Counted from the stretch's first letter, positions 47,540 through 61,560 are shown. The stretch: DNA of 64,000 nt from Mobula hypostoma (GCF_963921235.1 NC_086097.1:16926001-16990000), one strand, 5' to 3'. The notes: generated from the sequence alone by a model not told the origin. A program made the numbers and translations.

Positions 47540-48290
47540 TACTAAACATTATTCCTGAAGGTTTAGTGGGACTGAGCTCTGCTGTACCCATATGGATTGA
47601 AAGTGTTTATGCTGAAGCCATATTTGACACAGGTTCTCAAGTTACTTTGCTTTATGCATCCTTTTACAACTGGTATTTGACACATTTACCATAGATGCTA
47701 CTCAGTGCCCTTGAGATTCAGGGGCTTCGTACTGATGAGTACTATGAGTATGGTTACTTGTTGCAGCTGGACTTTTTGGTAGCAGCTGTTGGAGTAACTG
47801 AGACTATTGACACATCAGTGTTGGTCTGCCTGGATCCGATTGAAAAGAGTGGAGCTTCCATTCTCGTGGGAGCACAAGACTGCCATTGTGGGAAGGCTCC
47901 TGGGAACATGCAAGATGAGAATTAGAGAGAACTTTTTGAAAACCTTGTCCATTCACCCTGTGTTCAGAGTTGCTTTTGAGAAGGTCCAAGTTTCTCCTAA
48001 GCAGGAAGATGAGCAGAATTGTGTGGTGCACCCAGTCTAAGCCTGTCATGTTACGTTCTGGAGGGACAGGAACCACTGAATTTGCTGGAGTGTCAGAGGA
48101 ATGGAAAAGAAGATTAACTGAGAAGATGTTGGGACACCTGGATGCATTTTCTACTGATGAGGCTAATATTGGTTATTTCAGGAGTGCATGCCACACTATC
48201 AGAGTGACTGAGGACACCCTTTTCCAAGAGAGGTCTTACTGGTTAGTACAAGCCAGGGTTGAGGATATATGGCTGCACAGGCTTAAAATG
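47540..48290 (+). pseudogene. pol: Gypsy 2 protease and start of RT region, disrupted
   Basis: AEAIFDTGSQVTL at ~47611-47649. LSALEIQGL, LVCLDPIEKSGASILVG and HTIRVTEDTLFQER parallel element 1. Confidence 0.85.
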
Positions 48291-48641
48291 ACGGAAGTTA
48301 AATATGGTCATGGACAAGGGGACCTGAGCCGCCAGAAGACACAAGTGATAGACGGAGAGGCACCTTCTAGTAGGCAGGAGGGGTCATAAGTGGATGTTGA
48401 AGGTGGAGGAGCTGAAAATGGGATAAGGAGGTCACAAAGAGTCAGGACACCCCCAGATAGGCTGGCCAATGACACACCTGGGAAACAGAGTGTTGTCTCT
48501 AGTGAGATATATCACTATCATTTACAAATGGAATGGAGGTCTTGATATCACAAAATTCCTTTGAAAACTGTATTATTAATGATGGGTTGATAAATTTCAA
48601 AGTCATGAGGACATGACTATTTTTGGTGGGCGGGGGGAGAG

Positions 48642-49460
48642 TGTAACACCCATGTTAAGGTTTTTACTGCTATGCTGTCGGTATTTCATTTTAGCAGTCC
48701 TGTAAGAGGAGTCTGTTTGGGTTTGAGCTGAGACAAAAGGCTTTGTTGTTCAACTTCGGAATGTGGTGTCAGCCAATCAGGATGGTGGAGCTGGGAGAAG
48801 GTTCTAGAGGACGCTGGGCAGATGGGTTTTGTGAGGGATACTGGTGGGGGTTGGGGTCTCTTTTGGCGGCAGCTGGGAGAAGACAGGAGGGAAGGTGGCT
48901 GAGGATGCTGTCCCTGTTGCACAAGGTGCTTTGTGCAGATGAATGGCTTCAAGGAGGAAGGACCATTACTCCTGTGGGAGAGCCCATTTGTTTGAGATAG
49001 ATTTCGAGTGACATTCGGAAGGCGATGTGTGCTTTCACACAGACTGAGGGTGGGGTCCAGCGCGTGAGTTACAACTTCAAAATGAGTTCCAACTTATGTA
49101 CACATTTGACCATTTAATTATAATGGGCCCTTTTTGTTTTTTTCTTTTTTTTCATTAATAGCTCTTTGGTTACATTAAAATTCATAAATATACTTATTTT
49201 ATAATTGTAAACAGTGCACGATTTGTTATTTCTTGCTGACGGGCGATTGCAGGGGAGCAGTAAATCACGCAGTACTCACACAAACCGGGATTTGGGTAGG
49301 CAAAACGGCCCAACCTCACGCGTTTGGCAGGACTGAAATCATATACACCCTCAACATAAGGAGCCTGCGAAAGGTCTGTTTCTTGTCTCAGAGTCCAGTG
49401 GCTGTTAGCAAGGGGCTAGTGAGTGGTGTTTCCAGACATGCCCAGTAAAGAGGGGTTTCA
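48642..49460 (+). repeat. 3' LTR of Gypsy element 2
   Basis: TGTAACA…TTTCA preceded by PPT GGTGGGCGGGGGGAGAG (48625-48641). Confidence 0.88.
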
Positions 49461-49469
49461 GTGGTATTT

Positions 49470-49830
49470 TCCTTGGGTGGTGGGGTGGAGATACGCCTCT
49501 ACCAAAGGTGGTGTAAAGCTCTAGCCTACAGGTCATCCTTGAGCAAGGAAGAGCAGCTACTTGGCCCACTCCCAATCAGTGTCATCTGACGCCATGGGAG
49601 CGGGTGGTGGATGGTCGTATGAGCAGCTGGTACATACCACAAGTCCTGGTTATGTGGCCAGTGACGCCAGGCAGCCTATCTCTGAAGAGTATTGATAATG
49701 GCTGGGATCATTCGTCTTGTAGAGGGATTGCCCAGAAGAACGCAATGGGAAACCACTTCTGTGGAAAAATTTGCGGAGAACAATCATGGTTATGGAAAGA
49801 TCAAAGTCATATGACAAGGTGCATAATGAC
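49470..49830 (+). mobile_element. Short non-autonomous element (same family as 30245-30745)
   Basis: Shares GGTGGGGT.GAGATAC.TCT.TACCAAAGG…AGAGTATTGATAATGGCTGGG…AAACCACTTCTGTGGAAAAATTTGC. Confidence 0.7.
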
Positions 49831-51126
49831 CACGGCAATATTTTCTATTAAGTTTTGCTGAGATGTTTTGTTGTGAGCTCATTTCTGGTAGCTTCTCAAT
49901 AAATGTTCAATACTTCTCCTGGGAAAGCTGTGTGTGAACCCTTCAAATCAACACAGAGCTATCAGATAGATTTCCTGTTCCAGGTGAAACCATAACATGC
50001 ACTTTCATAGTGCCTTTAACTTAATAGAGCATCATTTTCATGTTTACAAAGTAAATTGACATGAGTCATCACTTATTCAGCCCATGGAAATTCTCTGGTC
50101 ACTGAAGTGGTTTTCAGGATATCGAGGGAGAAGAGCAGAGAGTTTAGATGAGGGAATTGTAGAGCTTAGGGCATTAAAAACAGGGTCAGTAGTAATGGAA
50201 AGATATGAGCTGGAAATGTATCAGAGGCCAGAATTGGAGGAACGTCAAGTTCCTGGTGGATTGCCAGGCTGGAGGAGATTCCACAGATAAGGACGGGTGG
50301 GGAACATGGACACGGAGATGGAAATGTTTCATTTGAGGCTTAACTGGACCAGGAGCCAATGTGAGTGGTTGAGGGGTGTGGAGTGGGGTGGATGTTGGAT
50401 AACATGCCAGAATGTAGAGAGTAGAGATTTGGATGAACCCAAGTTTATGAAAAGTGAAAGACAGGCGACCAGCCAGGAGACTATTGGAATATTTCTTAAT
50501 TGCAACACCCTTACCATCTTATATAGCTTAGAGTTAAAGATTTAAGTAGAATAAGAAGGAAACTGCTGCAATCAGGTTTCTACATAGCATGCTGTTAGAT
50601 TGCTGCTTCTCCTCTGTGTATACTGATTTCCATTATCCACAGGAAGGTGCTGTCTGTGCAACTGGGGGACAATACCATTCAATAACTGGCATACCTGTAC
50701 TCCTTAAGAAACTGCAACACCACCACCAACTCATGGGAACGTCAGGACAGTGACCAACTAAAATGGGGAAAGGTGCTGCTGGGAATACATGGAGGATCAA
50801 TCTAAGTGGCAGAAGGAGTGCATTCCACCCACACAACCGCAGGAGCAACCATTTGCCAGAGCTTGCAAATTCCACATTGGTCCCAATCAGCTACCTCCAA
50901 ACTGAAGTGGAAAGAAACCAAGTCAGCTTTGACCTCAAGTGAATGTCTAAGAAACTGTCGGTGCATTTCCCAAACGGTATGGTAAAAGACTGATTGCTTT
51001 ATGTTCGATAATTCATTCTGAAGTCAGAGCAAGCGACTAGAAAGGGGAAGGAGGCCTGAAATAATGGATCATTACCTATTTGAATTTTGAAATCTAAGAT
51101 TTGATGCTCTTGGGATTGTTGTGTTC

Positions 51127-51820
51127 AGAATCAGAATCCGAATCATGTTCAATATCACTGGTATATGTCACGAAATTTGTTGTTATGAGGCAGCGGTACA
51201 TTTTAATACAATTAAGTAAGTAGTGCAAAAAGAGAGAAAAAAGTAGTGAGGTAGTGTTCATGGGTTTAATGTCTGTTTTGAAATTGAATGGTAGAGGGGA
51301 AGAAGCTATTCCTGAATTGTTGAGTGTGTGTCTTCAGGCTCCTGTACCTCCTCTCTGATGGTGCAAATGAGTAAAGGGCATGTCCAGGGGGATTGGGGTC
51401 CTTAATCGATGCCACCTTTTTGAGGCATCGCTCCTTGAATATGTCCTGGATGCTTTGGAAGGTAGTGCCCATGACAGGGCAGCCTGAGTTCACAACTTTC
51501 TGTAGCTTACTTCGATCCAGTGCAGTGGACCTCCTAGAGCTACCCACCCAACCCCACCGCACATACCAGGCAGTGATGCAGCTAGCTAGAATGCTCTCCA
51601 GAGTACATCTGCTGACATTTGGAGGATCTTTGGTGACATACCAATTCTTCTCAAACTCCTAACAAAATGTAGCTGCTGCCATGCTTTCTTTGTAACTGCA
51701 TCGATACAGTTGGTCCCATTATCAGAGACGTTGACACCCAGGAACTTGAAGTTGCTCATCCTTTCCATTTCTAATACCTCGATAAGGATGGTGTGTGTTA
51801 CCTCATCTTACCCATTCTGA
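51127..51820 (-). mobile_element. Rex-type LINE 3' fragment
   Basis: ORFs 51586-51768 (FKFLGVNVSD) and 51266-51562 (LQKVVN…HALYS…RRYRSLKTHTQQFRNSFFP). (CAGAAT)n tail. Confidence 0.88.
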
Positions 51821-51937
51821 AGAGTTAGCGTTATCTGTCAGTCCTTAATAGTCCCCCCCCACCATTATTCTATGCCAGCCATTGGTTAACAAGCTAGTAA
51901 TGTGAGATATTAACCAATGAACTTGACCCTCAATCAT

Positions 51938-52020
51938 GAGACCATAAGACCATAAGTCATAGGAGCAGAATTAGGCCATCTGGCCCATCAAGTCTGCTCT
52001 GCCATTCAATCATGGCTGAG
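51938..52020 (-). mobile_element. CR1 extreme 3' end
   Basis: (AGACCATA)n tail and CR1 3' UTR motif. Confidence 0.75.
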
Positions 52021-52349
52021 CCAAAGATCTTCCGGCTCCCACGACACACCCGTCTGTCGGGACACCAACCTTCGATCTGCCCGTCTCCAGAACCCCGAGA
52101 TCCTTGGCCTCCAAAGGTGAACCGATCTCTTAGGCCGCACCCTTGGCACGTCGGATAACTGCCAGTCGTGAAACCACGAGAGCAGGTCCCATTCCCGCAA
52201 AGACCCAAAGTCAGTGTCTAACTCCATTTCAGGGTCTTCAAAAGAACCTGAAAGGGGAAAATAGAGATATTAAAGATGGAAATAGAGCTGCTTCTGAAGA
52301 TGCAAGCAAAGGAGTTGCTGTTTAGCACCATCTTGACTAAGCTCTGCCC

Positions 52350-52940
52350 TCTGTCAATTACTCGCTAGCTTGCTTTCATATTTCATCTTGTCCCTTCTAA
52401 TGATTTTTATAGTTGCTCTCTGTAGGTTTCTAAAAACTTCCCAGACCTCTATCTTCCCACTAATTTTTGCTTTGTTGTGTGCTGTTTATTTTGCTTTTCC
52501 AATAGCTTTGACTTCCCTTGTCAGCCACGGTTGCATTATTTTACCATTTGAATATTTCTTCATTTTTGGAATATATACGTCCTACACCTTTCTCATTTTC
52601 CCCAGAAATGCATGCCATTGCTGCTCTGCTGACATCCCTGCCAGCAGCTCCTTCCAATTTACTTTGGCCAACTCCTCTCTCATACCACTGCAATTTCCCG
52701 TACTCCACTGAAATACTGCTACGTCAGACTTTACTCTCTCCCTATCAAATTTCAAGTTGAACGCAATCATATTGTGATCACTGGTTCCTAAGGGTTCTTT
52801 TACCTTAAGCTCCCTAATTGCCTCTGGTTCATTACATAACAGCTAATCCAGTATAGGGGATCCCCTAGTAGGCTCAATGACAAACTGCTCTAAAAAGCTA
52901 TCTCTTAGGCATTCAACAAACTCACCCTCTTGAGATCTAG
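52350..52940 (-). mobile_element. CR1 ORF2 internal fragment
   Basis: EFVECLRDSFLEQFVIEPTRGSPILD and MREELAKVNWKELL, homologous to 45050-45550. Confidence 0.85.
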
Positions 52941-54261
52941 ATAATGATGTTAGTGACCTCTTTCCTTTTAGTGTATCAGCAAACTGTTCTGAGGCCTCAG
53001 TCATGTCAATGTGTTCAAGCAACCTTAACATAGGCTATCTGAATTATATGGAATAAAATAGGCCATTTATTGGCTCCTGTTTGTGCCAGAACTAGCCAAA
53101 ATTTCTCATTCCCCCGATCTTTCTGTGGCATTATAATTCCATCTTTTTAAAACTTACATCCATTTGTTATTGAATCAGCTTCCACCTATTTTATACCAAC
53201 AGATTCCAGACAAACATTTGCTGTAAAAGTAAATGCTTCATTTCACATCCTACCTCCTCCCGACAACTTCTGTGCCATTTATACTAAATCTTTATCATTT
53301 GGTTAAACAGATTTCCACCCCATAAACTCAGTTTGGACAGGTAGTTAAAAGTTTTACCTTTGATTGATGTACAGCTATCACAACTGTTAGTCTTTTTCAT
53401 TGCAAATTACCTTTCGCCAATATATCTTTAGGGCACGAACTATTCCTCCAACCAGTCCAAACCACAGTTGTTATGTTCAAGCTATCTAAATGAAGTACGG
53501 CATTGTCTGTGTGTCTCCAAGGTTTACTCAAAATTTAGTCAAAACAGAGGAAAATATTTCCCTTGGTGTTTCACTCTGCATTCACACGATATCAGACCCA
53601 AGCTACCCTCGCTGGTTCTTGACCCGAGGGTATCATGAATCTGCTTGACTCCAAAGACCCACTGAGATATTCAGTAAGACCAGCAGTCAGTCAGTTCTGC
53701 ATTTAGGGTCCTGCTGCTCTATGACCTTCAAAAATATTTCCTTATGGGATGCAACTTGCTGGTATTGAGGTATCAATACAGCTTGACAAAGACTCATTGA
53801 TACACTCCACTTGATGTGCAAGCCCCATGCTCGTATCTGGAGACCAAAGGAGAAATGAATTGGTATCATTTTCACTTGCTGGTATTTTCTATTAAGCTTT
53901 GCTTAGATTTGGTTGTGGGCTCACTGTGGCTTTTCTATAAATGTTTAAAACTTATCCTTCTTGTGGCTTCCGTATAAGTGGATAATGGAAGCATATGGAC
54001 ATTGTGTAGGCAGAAGAGGTGCGTTTAGTTTGCCATTTGATTACTAATTTAATTCATTTGGCACAACATTGCAGGCTTAAAGGCCTGTTCCTGTGCTGTA
54101 CTGTTCTCTGTGCGTTGTTCAATACTTGTCCTTATTGTGTCTTCTCTGTAAATCTTCAATACTTGTCCTGCCACAACCCTTCAAGTGAATACAGATTAAT
54201 TCATTTGATTTCCTTTCTCACCATCCAAGCCTTGAGCAAGCACTGTTTGCTATAATATGGT

Positions 54262-55056
54262 TTAAGATGGCACTGGTGAAGCACAACAATGACTTGCTGG
54301 TAGCAAACAAAACTATAATTTACTGTATTAATCACACTTTTTCTCAGATATGATCACTGCAATCAACAGCCTGTAACTTCCCTTTTGGAGTTCAGCTTTT
54401 GACCCACCTGAATGACCTGGCATTTTTGTGACATGAACTGAACTCGTGAAGGTACAGGATGGTTGCAACACTGCATGTACTGGCCAAATTAAGGTGCCGT
54501 AACCCAGGCATGTGAATGGGGAACGAGCCAATATTTAGCCATTGCTGCAGCGGATTTGAAGGCGATTCGCTGCGGCAGAACTGAGGCGAGGCGGGCGGGG
54601 GCAAGGTGGAATTGAAGCAGCAGGGCCCGGTCCTGAGAACGCATCAAAGCGATAGGGCTCGGTTCCGTGAGCGAGGATCGACCCCAGGTTTTGGATGATT
54701 TAAGCACTGGGCCAGGGTGAAAAGGTTAGGATATCGGGGCTGGAGGTGAGGGGCAGGCCCGTCTTCAGCTCGCTGCTCCACAAGTTTTATTCATCTCTGC
54801 ACTGAACTGAAGCTGTGGCCTGCAACTAATGGGTTCCTGAATTGACTGCCGTGATGAATGGCTTCATGGCTGTGGACTCTCTTAACTTCAGCTGTTTGCT
54901 TACTTCTACTGTTTGCACAGTTCTTTTTTCTGCTCATTGGGTGTTTGACATTTTTTTTATATGGATTCTCTTGAGTTTCTTTGTTTTGCGGCTGCCTGTT
55001 AGGAGACAAATCTCAAGGTTGTATAAAGTATACATACTTCAATAACAAATGTACTG
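54262..55056 (+). mobile_element. Non-autonomous interspersed repeat (probably Rex-mobilised)
   Basis: Starts AAGATGGC, has a GC-rich middle, and shares its 3' end with 34990-35085. Confidence 0.55.
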
Positions 55057-55575
55057 TGCTCCAGCAATTAATCAATTGATAAGATGTCTGTGCATTTAAT
55101 TATTCTTATACTGTGAGGCCAGGAAATTATTTGCCCTGGACATTAAAGAGCTTTTCCATAGATTCTCCTTGCAGAATAAAATATATTAATTATATTATTT
55201 TTCCTATTTCCATGCATTAAAAAGATAATGAGTAATCAGAGAGAAGGCTTGTGATAACATGTTCCACAATGCAACTGTAATGCACCATTTTGACTGTTTA
55301 GAGATCTTTGTACAGGAGCAAATGGTACAACTGTTTTCTGAAAAATATCTGCACTACTTTTTTATGTTTTTTATTCAGAAATAATTTTTATGTAAAGCAA
55401 AATATAAAGACAGATGCAACTTCTAACAACTTTATTGTATGTTTCTCTAGTCACTTTTAATTTGTACAGCGAAAATCTGTTAACTTAGTATTAACTTGTT
55501 GTCGTTATAAAGATACCTCGACCTGCATTGTAAATCAGCAGACTCCGCATCCATTAGTCATCAGACTGTAATGTT

Positions 55576-55890
55576 GAATCAGAATCAGATTTATTATCAC
55601 TGACTTATATGGTGTGAACTTTGATATTTAGCAGCAGCAGTAGAGTACAGATATAAAATTATTATAAATTACAAAAATAAATTATATTAAGAAAGAAATA
55701 ATGAGGTCATGTTTATGGGCTCATGGACTATTTAGAAATCAGATGACAGAGGGGATAAAGCTGCTTCTGAATCACTGAGTGTGCGTCTTCAGGCTCCTGT
55801 ACCTCATCCTGATGCTAGTCTTGAGAAGAAGGCAGTCCTGAAGACTGAGGGCCCTTAATGATGAATGCCGACTTATTCAGGCACTGCCCT
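55576..55890 (-). mobile_element. Rex-type LINE 3' end
   Basis: GAATCAGAATCAGATTTATTATCACTG tail, homologous to 268-600 and 51127-51430. Confidence 0.75.
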
Positions 55891-56959
55891 TCAGCGTTGT
55901 CAACTGTTGGCTTATAAAATATATAATTGTGTGTTTAAGCTTGGTGCTCTGAAGTGACACTATTGATAAGCATTGTTGCCCAGCCATTAACTGCTCCAGG
56001 TTAAGGAATTCACTACAGAACTCTTATCAGTCCAACTCTTGCACTTTATTGTCACTACACAAACATCAACATAACTATGTTGACCCAGACCAACAACATA
56101 AATCACAAATTCTACAGTTCCTTCTGTACCGGTAGTCACTCAGATCATTTCTCCAATTTGTAATATTGATATGGGGATCTCCCATTGGCCAGACATTTGA
56201 TCCTTCTTCTCCCAGCCCCTGGTATGGGGGGCTTCCTTGCAATGTTTAATTTCTGGAGTCCTCACCACTTTGCCTTTGAAGCCCTTTAATTTCATACTCT
56301 TTCCTTATCAATTCAAATGTTGCATTTCGATCTTATTGGCTCTGGCCTATCTGGCTAACATGTGTCAACTTCCCATTGGCTTTGATCCAAGCCAGCATAA
56401 ATTTATTGCCCTTATACAAGTGGCAACTTGCAATTAATGTCTCTTTGTTCTGAATCAGCCAGCTACTCGGCTCGAGTTACTCCAGTCAGGCACAGAATCC
56501 CCTATTCATAAACCTGCATGTTTTATAGTAGCAAAAAACACCTCACAAATAAGCTCTTGTTTGGAAATAATCTGTTGAGTTCAGCAGATTATCAGGAGCA
56601 TCACTGTGCCCACTTCAAACCACTCTGTAGAATTTTTCCTGAGCAAAAACAGTTCACAAGACAGCTCACAAAAACAGAGGTTCCAGAGCAGCTTCTCAAA
56701 ATGGTAGACTCCATTCATTCATCTCATGGCAAGAACAAAAGCATCTGGTTTGTTTACTTCCACAGTCCTTGACCAATTTGCTTTTGATGTTTTCTTCCAT
56801 ATTTTAATTCCTTCATGTGGCAAGATTGAAACATTTTACTATCAAACATCTCATAGAAATTGGCACTGAATATCAATCCTCCAGCTAACTGTCTTCCAGC
56901 TCAGCCTTGCTCTGTTCAGTACTTAACCTACTGTCTAGACTCAGTCAACTTAGGTTACG

Positions 56960-57450
56960 CACATCAAAGTTGCTGGTGAACGCAGCATCTCTAGGAAGAG
57001 GGACAGTCGACCAGTTCAGGATAGATGTATTTCTGGAGATGTTGTCAGTAGATGGTGTTCCTCTAGCTATCATTGTCTATTCTTGCAAGGCATCTGACGG
57101 AAAGAACCTACAAGGGATTGCAAGGATTGATGACTCTATTCCACCCCACCCAGGGTATTTATCAGGAGTGCTTCATTTAGCATTGTCAACGATCCCTCCA
57201 ATCTGTCAAACAATCTCTTTGACTCCCTACCATCAGGCAGAAGGCGCTAGAACAAAGACTTTTTGGATGGGAAACTACCTCCTCCCTCAGGCCGTGAGGC
57301 TACTTAATGCCCTGCAACCATCCTGCTATCATCACTTAAGAGGTGCTGGTAACGTTATACTATTTACCTTTTAACTTGTGTTATAAATACACCTTATTAT
57401 TTGTTAATTTATTTGTGATAATATTGCTTTATGTGTTTATGAGTTATATG
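56960..57450 (+). mobile_element. Rex-type LINE remnant
   Basis: PYHQAEG…MGNYLLPQAVRLLN in ORF 56907-57374. The 3' UTR resembles 29650-29840. Confidence 0.5.
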
Positions 57451-59267
57451 TCCTACTCAATTGTGATTATTCTTCACAGATGGTCAAATAGCCTTTATTC
57501 TTTTTTTCAATGCAATAAAGAAAGGGATTTAATGAAAATGAAAATAAGCACCACTGGAATATTTGAGATGTCTTTCTGCCAGCCACACACAGCAACATTT
57601 TTGAACAATTGGCAAGTGAACCCGCCTGTCTCCTGCTCTGCTTTCATGGCACTGCAAATGGACTTTGCATCAGCACTGGCAGACACTCTGACTGGACCTG
57701 TACACCAAACCTATCCAGAAATACCTCTCCCCCTGATTCTCAGACTGTGTTTCCTCAAAAGGGGTACTTTCCATCTCCTGCTCTGCACCATAACCTTATC
57801 CCTCAGCTCTTCTGACTCTAGTCCTTGTATCTTCTCACTCCCCCTATCTCAGCAACTTTGGATCCATACAGTGGTATTCTCTCCAGAACTTCTTTTTACC
57901 TCTAATATATTTGCCATCAAAAGCTTTCTTAAAACCTATCTCTTTGACAACACCTACCTTATTGTACCAATTAGTAGGTTAATTGGTCATCATCATAAAT
58001 TGTCCTGTGATTAGGCAAGGATTAAATGGGTGGATTGCTGCTTGTTGGGCTGGAAGGCCCTGTTCCACAGTGTATCTCTAAATAAATAAATCCTCCCTGC
58101 ATCAGTATGAAACATCGTGAAATGTTTTTTTTGTGACTTCAGTACAAAACCTAAAATACTTTTAAAACCAGATCACGTTGTGACTGTGTTTCGTTTGTCT
58201 GGTCACCCTTTCAGGCCTCCTGGTGCACCGATCTCCAGCTTTCACCCACGCACTAAAGCTCCTTACTGTCTCTGCCTCAGGTTAAACTTTATGGTCCACC
58301 CTCCACCTACTGAACAATACAGTCACTCAGAAGCTCAGCTGCTCAGTTTCCTTTGGAACCAATGATGCACAATCTTTGGCTCAGGGATAACGTAATAAGA
58401 TAGCCCGCTTCTTGTTACAGCAACATGGAGCTGGCAATTATCAATCCAATATCATGGAAATGCTATAACTTTAATTTTGTTAGTTTAGTTTTAATCCACC
58501 ACTTCAGTAACTGAGAGTGGTTGCTGTTGTTCACTTATTGAGAGTCATACAATGAAACAACTTAAGGTTCTCCAGTTCCCTTGATTGTGAAATGCAGAAA
58601 CCTCTGATGCTGATAATCGGCTAGTCCACCATTAATAACATCATCTTTTCACATTAATAAACAATGGATAGAAGTGTCAGGTCACAGAACAAATGTGATG
58701 TTTATCCTCATGATGAATGGCTTGCCTGCGATTATCCTAAGTTCCAGATGGAGCCTCTTGCTCTGGGTGTTGGGCGGGGATGTTGAGGTGGCAGGGTCGT
58801 TGTGGTGAAGGTGAGGTTGGTGGAAGGATGGGAAGTTGCATCTTTGTTGAAGTACCAGTTTTTAATAGTTGCATGAAGTGGCTGACTGATTTTTGTATTC
58901 TGCAAACACAGAAAGTTGCAGGTGCTGGAAATCCACTCACCCACAAGATGCCAGGAACACACATTGATATGAACCTCCTTATGTTACATTGAAACCAACC
59001 ATGGTCCAAAATTCTCTCCCTAAGCCTCTTCATTTTCTTACATTTCTTCATTCTTCTAACAACTCAATTCTTTGATCAAACTTTTGCTCATTTGCCCAAA
59101 CACTTCTAACCATAAGTTAGCCGAGAATGATTTTTTTGAAGAATTTTCTTGTAAAATATCTTCGAGTGTTGTTGTCTTTTAACATGACCCTGTATGTGAG
59201 TTGGAAGGAGGACGTTCTGCCATTTGAGTCTATGTTACCTCACAGGACTGTGTCTTTTGTCCTGATT

Positions 59268-59563
59268 TATTTATTTAGAAATACAGTGCTGAGTAGACCC
59301 TTCCAGACCTTTGAGCCACTCCACCCAGCAACCGCTGACAACTCTGATTTAACCCTAACCTAACCACGGGACAATTTACAATGACCAATTAACCACCCGG
59401 TACAACTTTGGACTGTGGGAGGACACCGGAGAACCCAGAAAAAAACCCATCCATTCCACGGGGAGGATGTACAGATAATCCTTACAGAAGATGACCAGGA
59501 TTGAACTCCAAATTCTGACACCCCAAGATGTAATATCGTTACGCTAATCACTACGCTACCGTG
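59268..59563 (-). mobile_element. tRNA-derived SINE (V-SINE/HE1-like)
   Basis: Minus strand GCACGGTAGCGTAGTGATTAGC (A box) and GAGTTCAATCC (B box), with the shared core and an AATAAATAAAT tail. Confidence 0.75.
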
Positions 59564-59580
59564 CTGTAGGTTTATGGAGT

Positions 59581-61560
59581 TGTAACCCCAGGTTCAGTGG
59601 GCTGCATTAGACTAGGGAAAGACACTCTCCGGTCCACAAAACTTGTGAAATCTCATTTGTGTGGCTACTGCGGGATGTGTCCCCTGTAACAAATCAGTAC
59701 CACAAAATAACAAACAGTATACCATTTGCAATCAAACGATTTAGCTTTATAATTCTTAATTTCACTAGAGGGTTAGTAAAAAAAAACAAAAAGAAAAGAG
59801 CCCATTTTAATGAAGCAGTCAAATGCGCACGTTGGAGCTCACGACTTTCCCGTCCGTTCATTCTCCATCGATTTCCCCCGGGCGTCGTCGACTCCTGACC
59901 CCATTCCACGTCCGCTCAGTCTTGCTGTCTACGACCTCTCTATTCTGGCACCTTCTTTCTCCATCTTCCGCCGAACAAAAGCCCCGGAATACCTTCTCTC
60001 AGACACAAAAGAAAGAAGCAACACGCCTCTTGTTGGATGGCACACATTCCAAAGCCCTGTTATCTCCAGTCATAAGCTAAACACACTGCTGCTGCAGAGG
60101 AATCATTACTTTAGAAGTGAACCCTTTTCCAGGGCGTTACACACTTCCCCACACTAAATTTAGTCATGTCCTCATGACATTGAGATAATTCGCCAACCCT
60201 TCCTACAAAGCACAAAGTCCAACCCAGGTGTAAAAGACAGTGATGTAGCTCCCCAAAGTGGTAGGGTCCACTCTCTGTTCCCCCGGTGTTACATTGGCCA
60301 GCCTTTCCGGTGGTCTCCTGATTCTGTGAGACCTCATACCCCCTCACCTACCTCTGCATGTTCCAACACTACTGGAGATACTTCTGGTCTACCTGGCAAG
60401 GCCTCCCCCGACCTATCGCTCATGCCTACCTACACATCTGACCCTTCTGTCCCTTGGCTAAGCCCCGCTTCATCCCTTACAGGGTCCCGCTGCAACCCAG
60501 TCTATCCACTGATAGCCCCCACGCCTCCACCCTTGATTTCACCTGATTCAGTGTGAGGTTTGGGAGTCTCTTCCTCAATCAGTGGGGAGTTAGCAAAAGA
60601 CAGCAGATACCACACCTCCATGTCCTCATCCTTGGAATCCGTGGTGGGGCCCAGCCTAATCTCTCCTGTTATTGGTCCTGCAGTCGCCCCGCATTGCCGT
60701 GGAGTCCTCTTACTAGGTGTAGGCTCCAGGCCAGGCTCTGGGTCAACCAGCACCTCGTGTCCCAGAGGCAGAAGGTGGTTCCAATGGAGAATCTTGACAG
60801 GTCCATTCCCATCCTCTGGTTTCACCCAGAAAACTGGTACATTTGGCATCTCACTCTCCACCGCATAGGGCGTAGCTGCCCAGCGGTCAACCATCTTGTG
60901 CTTCCCAGGTAGTCCCAAATTCCTTATAAGGACTCGGTCTCCCAGCAGGAGTTGGGAGAACCTCACCTTTTGAGCATACCTCCTCTTATTTCCTTTCGCA
61001 GCCGCGACCCCAGCTAATTCATAAGCCTTTTCTCAGCTCCGTTCTCATATCAGACACATACTTCAGATAAGTCTTCGGTGATAAGTCGCCCTTATCAGTC
61101 CCAAAACAACATTCAATGGGCAACCTTGACTCGTGCCCAAACATCAGATAGCATGGTGAGTACCTGGTAGCTTCATGTCAGATATAGTTGTAACTGTGGA
61201 CCAGATGTCCAATATGTTGACTCCGCCTGCTCCTCTTGCTGATCTCCAAGGTCCTGAGCATGTCTAGCAAGGTCTGATTAAACCTCTCAGGCTGGGGATC
61301 AACTTGAGGATTATAGGGAGTGGTCCTCGACTTCTCAACTCCAAGCATGCCCAGTAAATCATGGATGAACCTGCTCTCGGAGTCCTGTCCCTGATCACTG
61401 TGTATCAGGCTGGGGAGGCCATAATAAATGAAATACTTCCCCATAACACTTTGGCCACTGTGGACACCCTCTGGTCCTTGGTAGGGAAAGCCTGTGCATA
61501 TCTGGTGTAGTGATCCGTGATGACTAAAACATTCGCCATGCTGCTGGCATCGGGTTCTAT
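59581..61560 (-). mobile_element. Gypsy element 3: 3' LTR (59581-60141) + integrase fragment, related to element 1
   Basis: LTR TGTAAC…GTTACA similar to 19124-19666. PPT GTGTGGGGAAGTG. ORFs 61178-61666 (YGLPSLIHSDQG, TTPYNPQ..QPERFNQTL) and 60502-60966. Confidence 0.92.

Larger units (their letters stand above)
39906..49460 (+). mobile_element. Gypsy LTR retrotransposon 2 (truncated 5' LTR, internal pol deletion, nested CR1s)
   Basis: 39906-40020 matches the end of the 48642-49460 LTR (…GAGTCCAGTGGCTGTT…CCCAGTAAA.AGGGGTTTCA). gag, protease and PPT are present. Confidence 0.88.

Noticed and set aside
57343..58014. 223-aa ORF
   Set aside because: Begins in a T-rich Rex 3' UTR, ends in a SINE tail, and has no recognisable domain.
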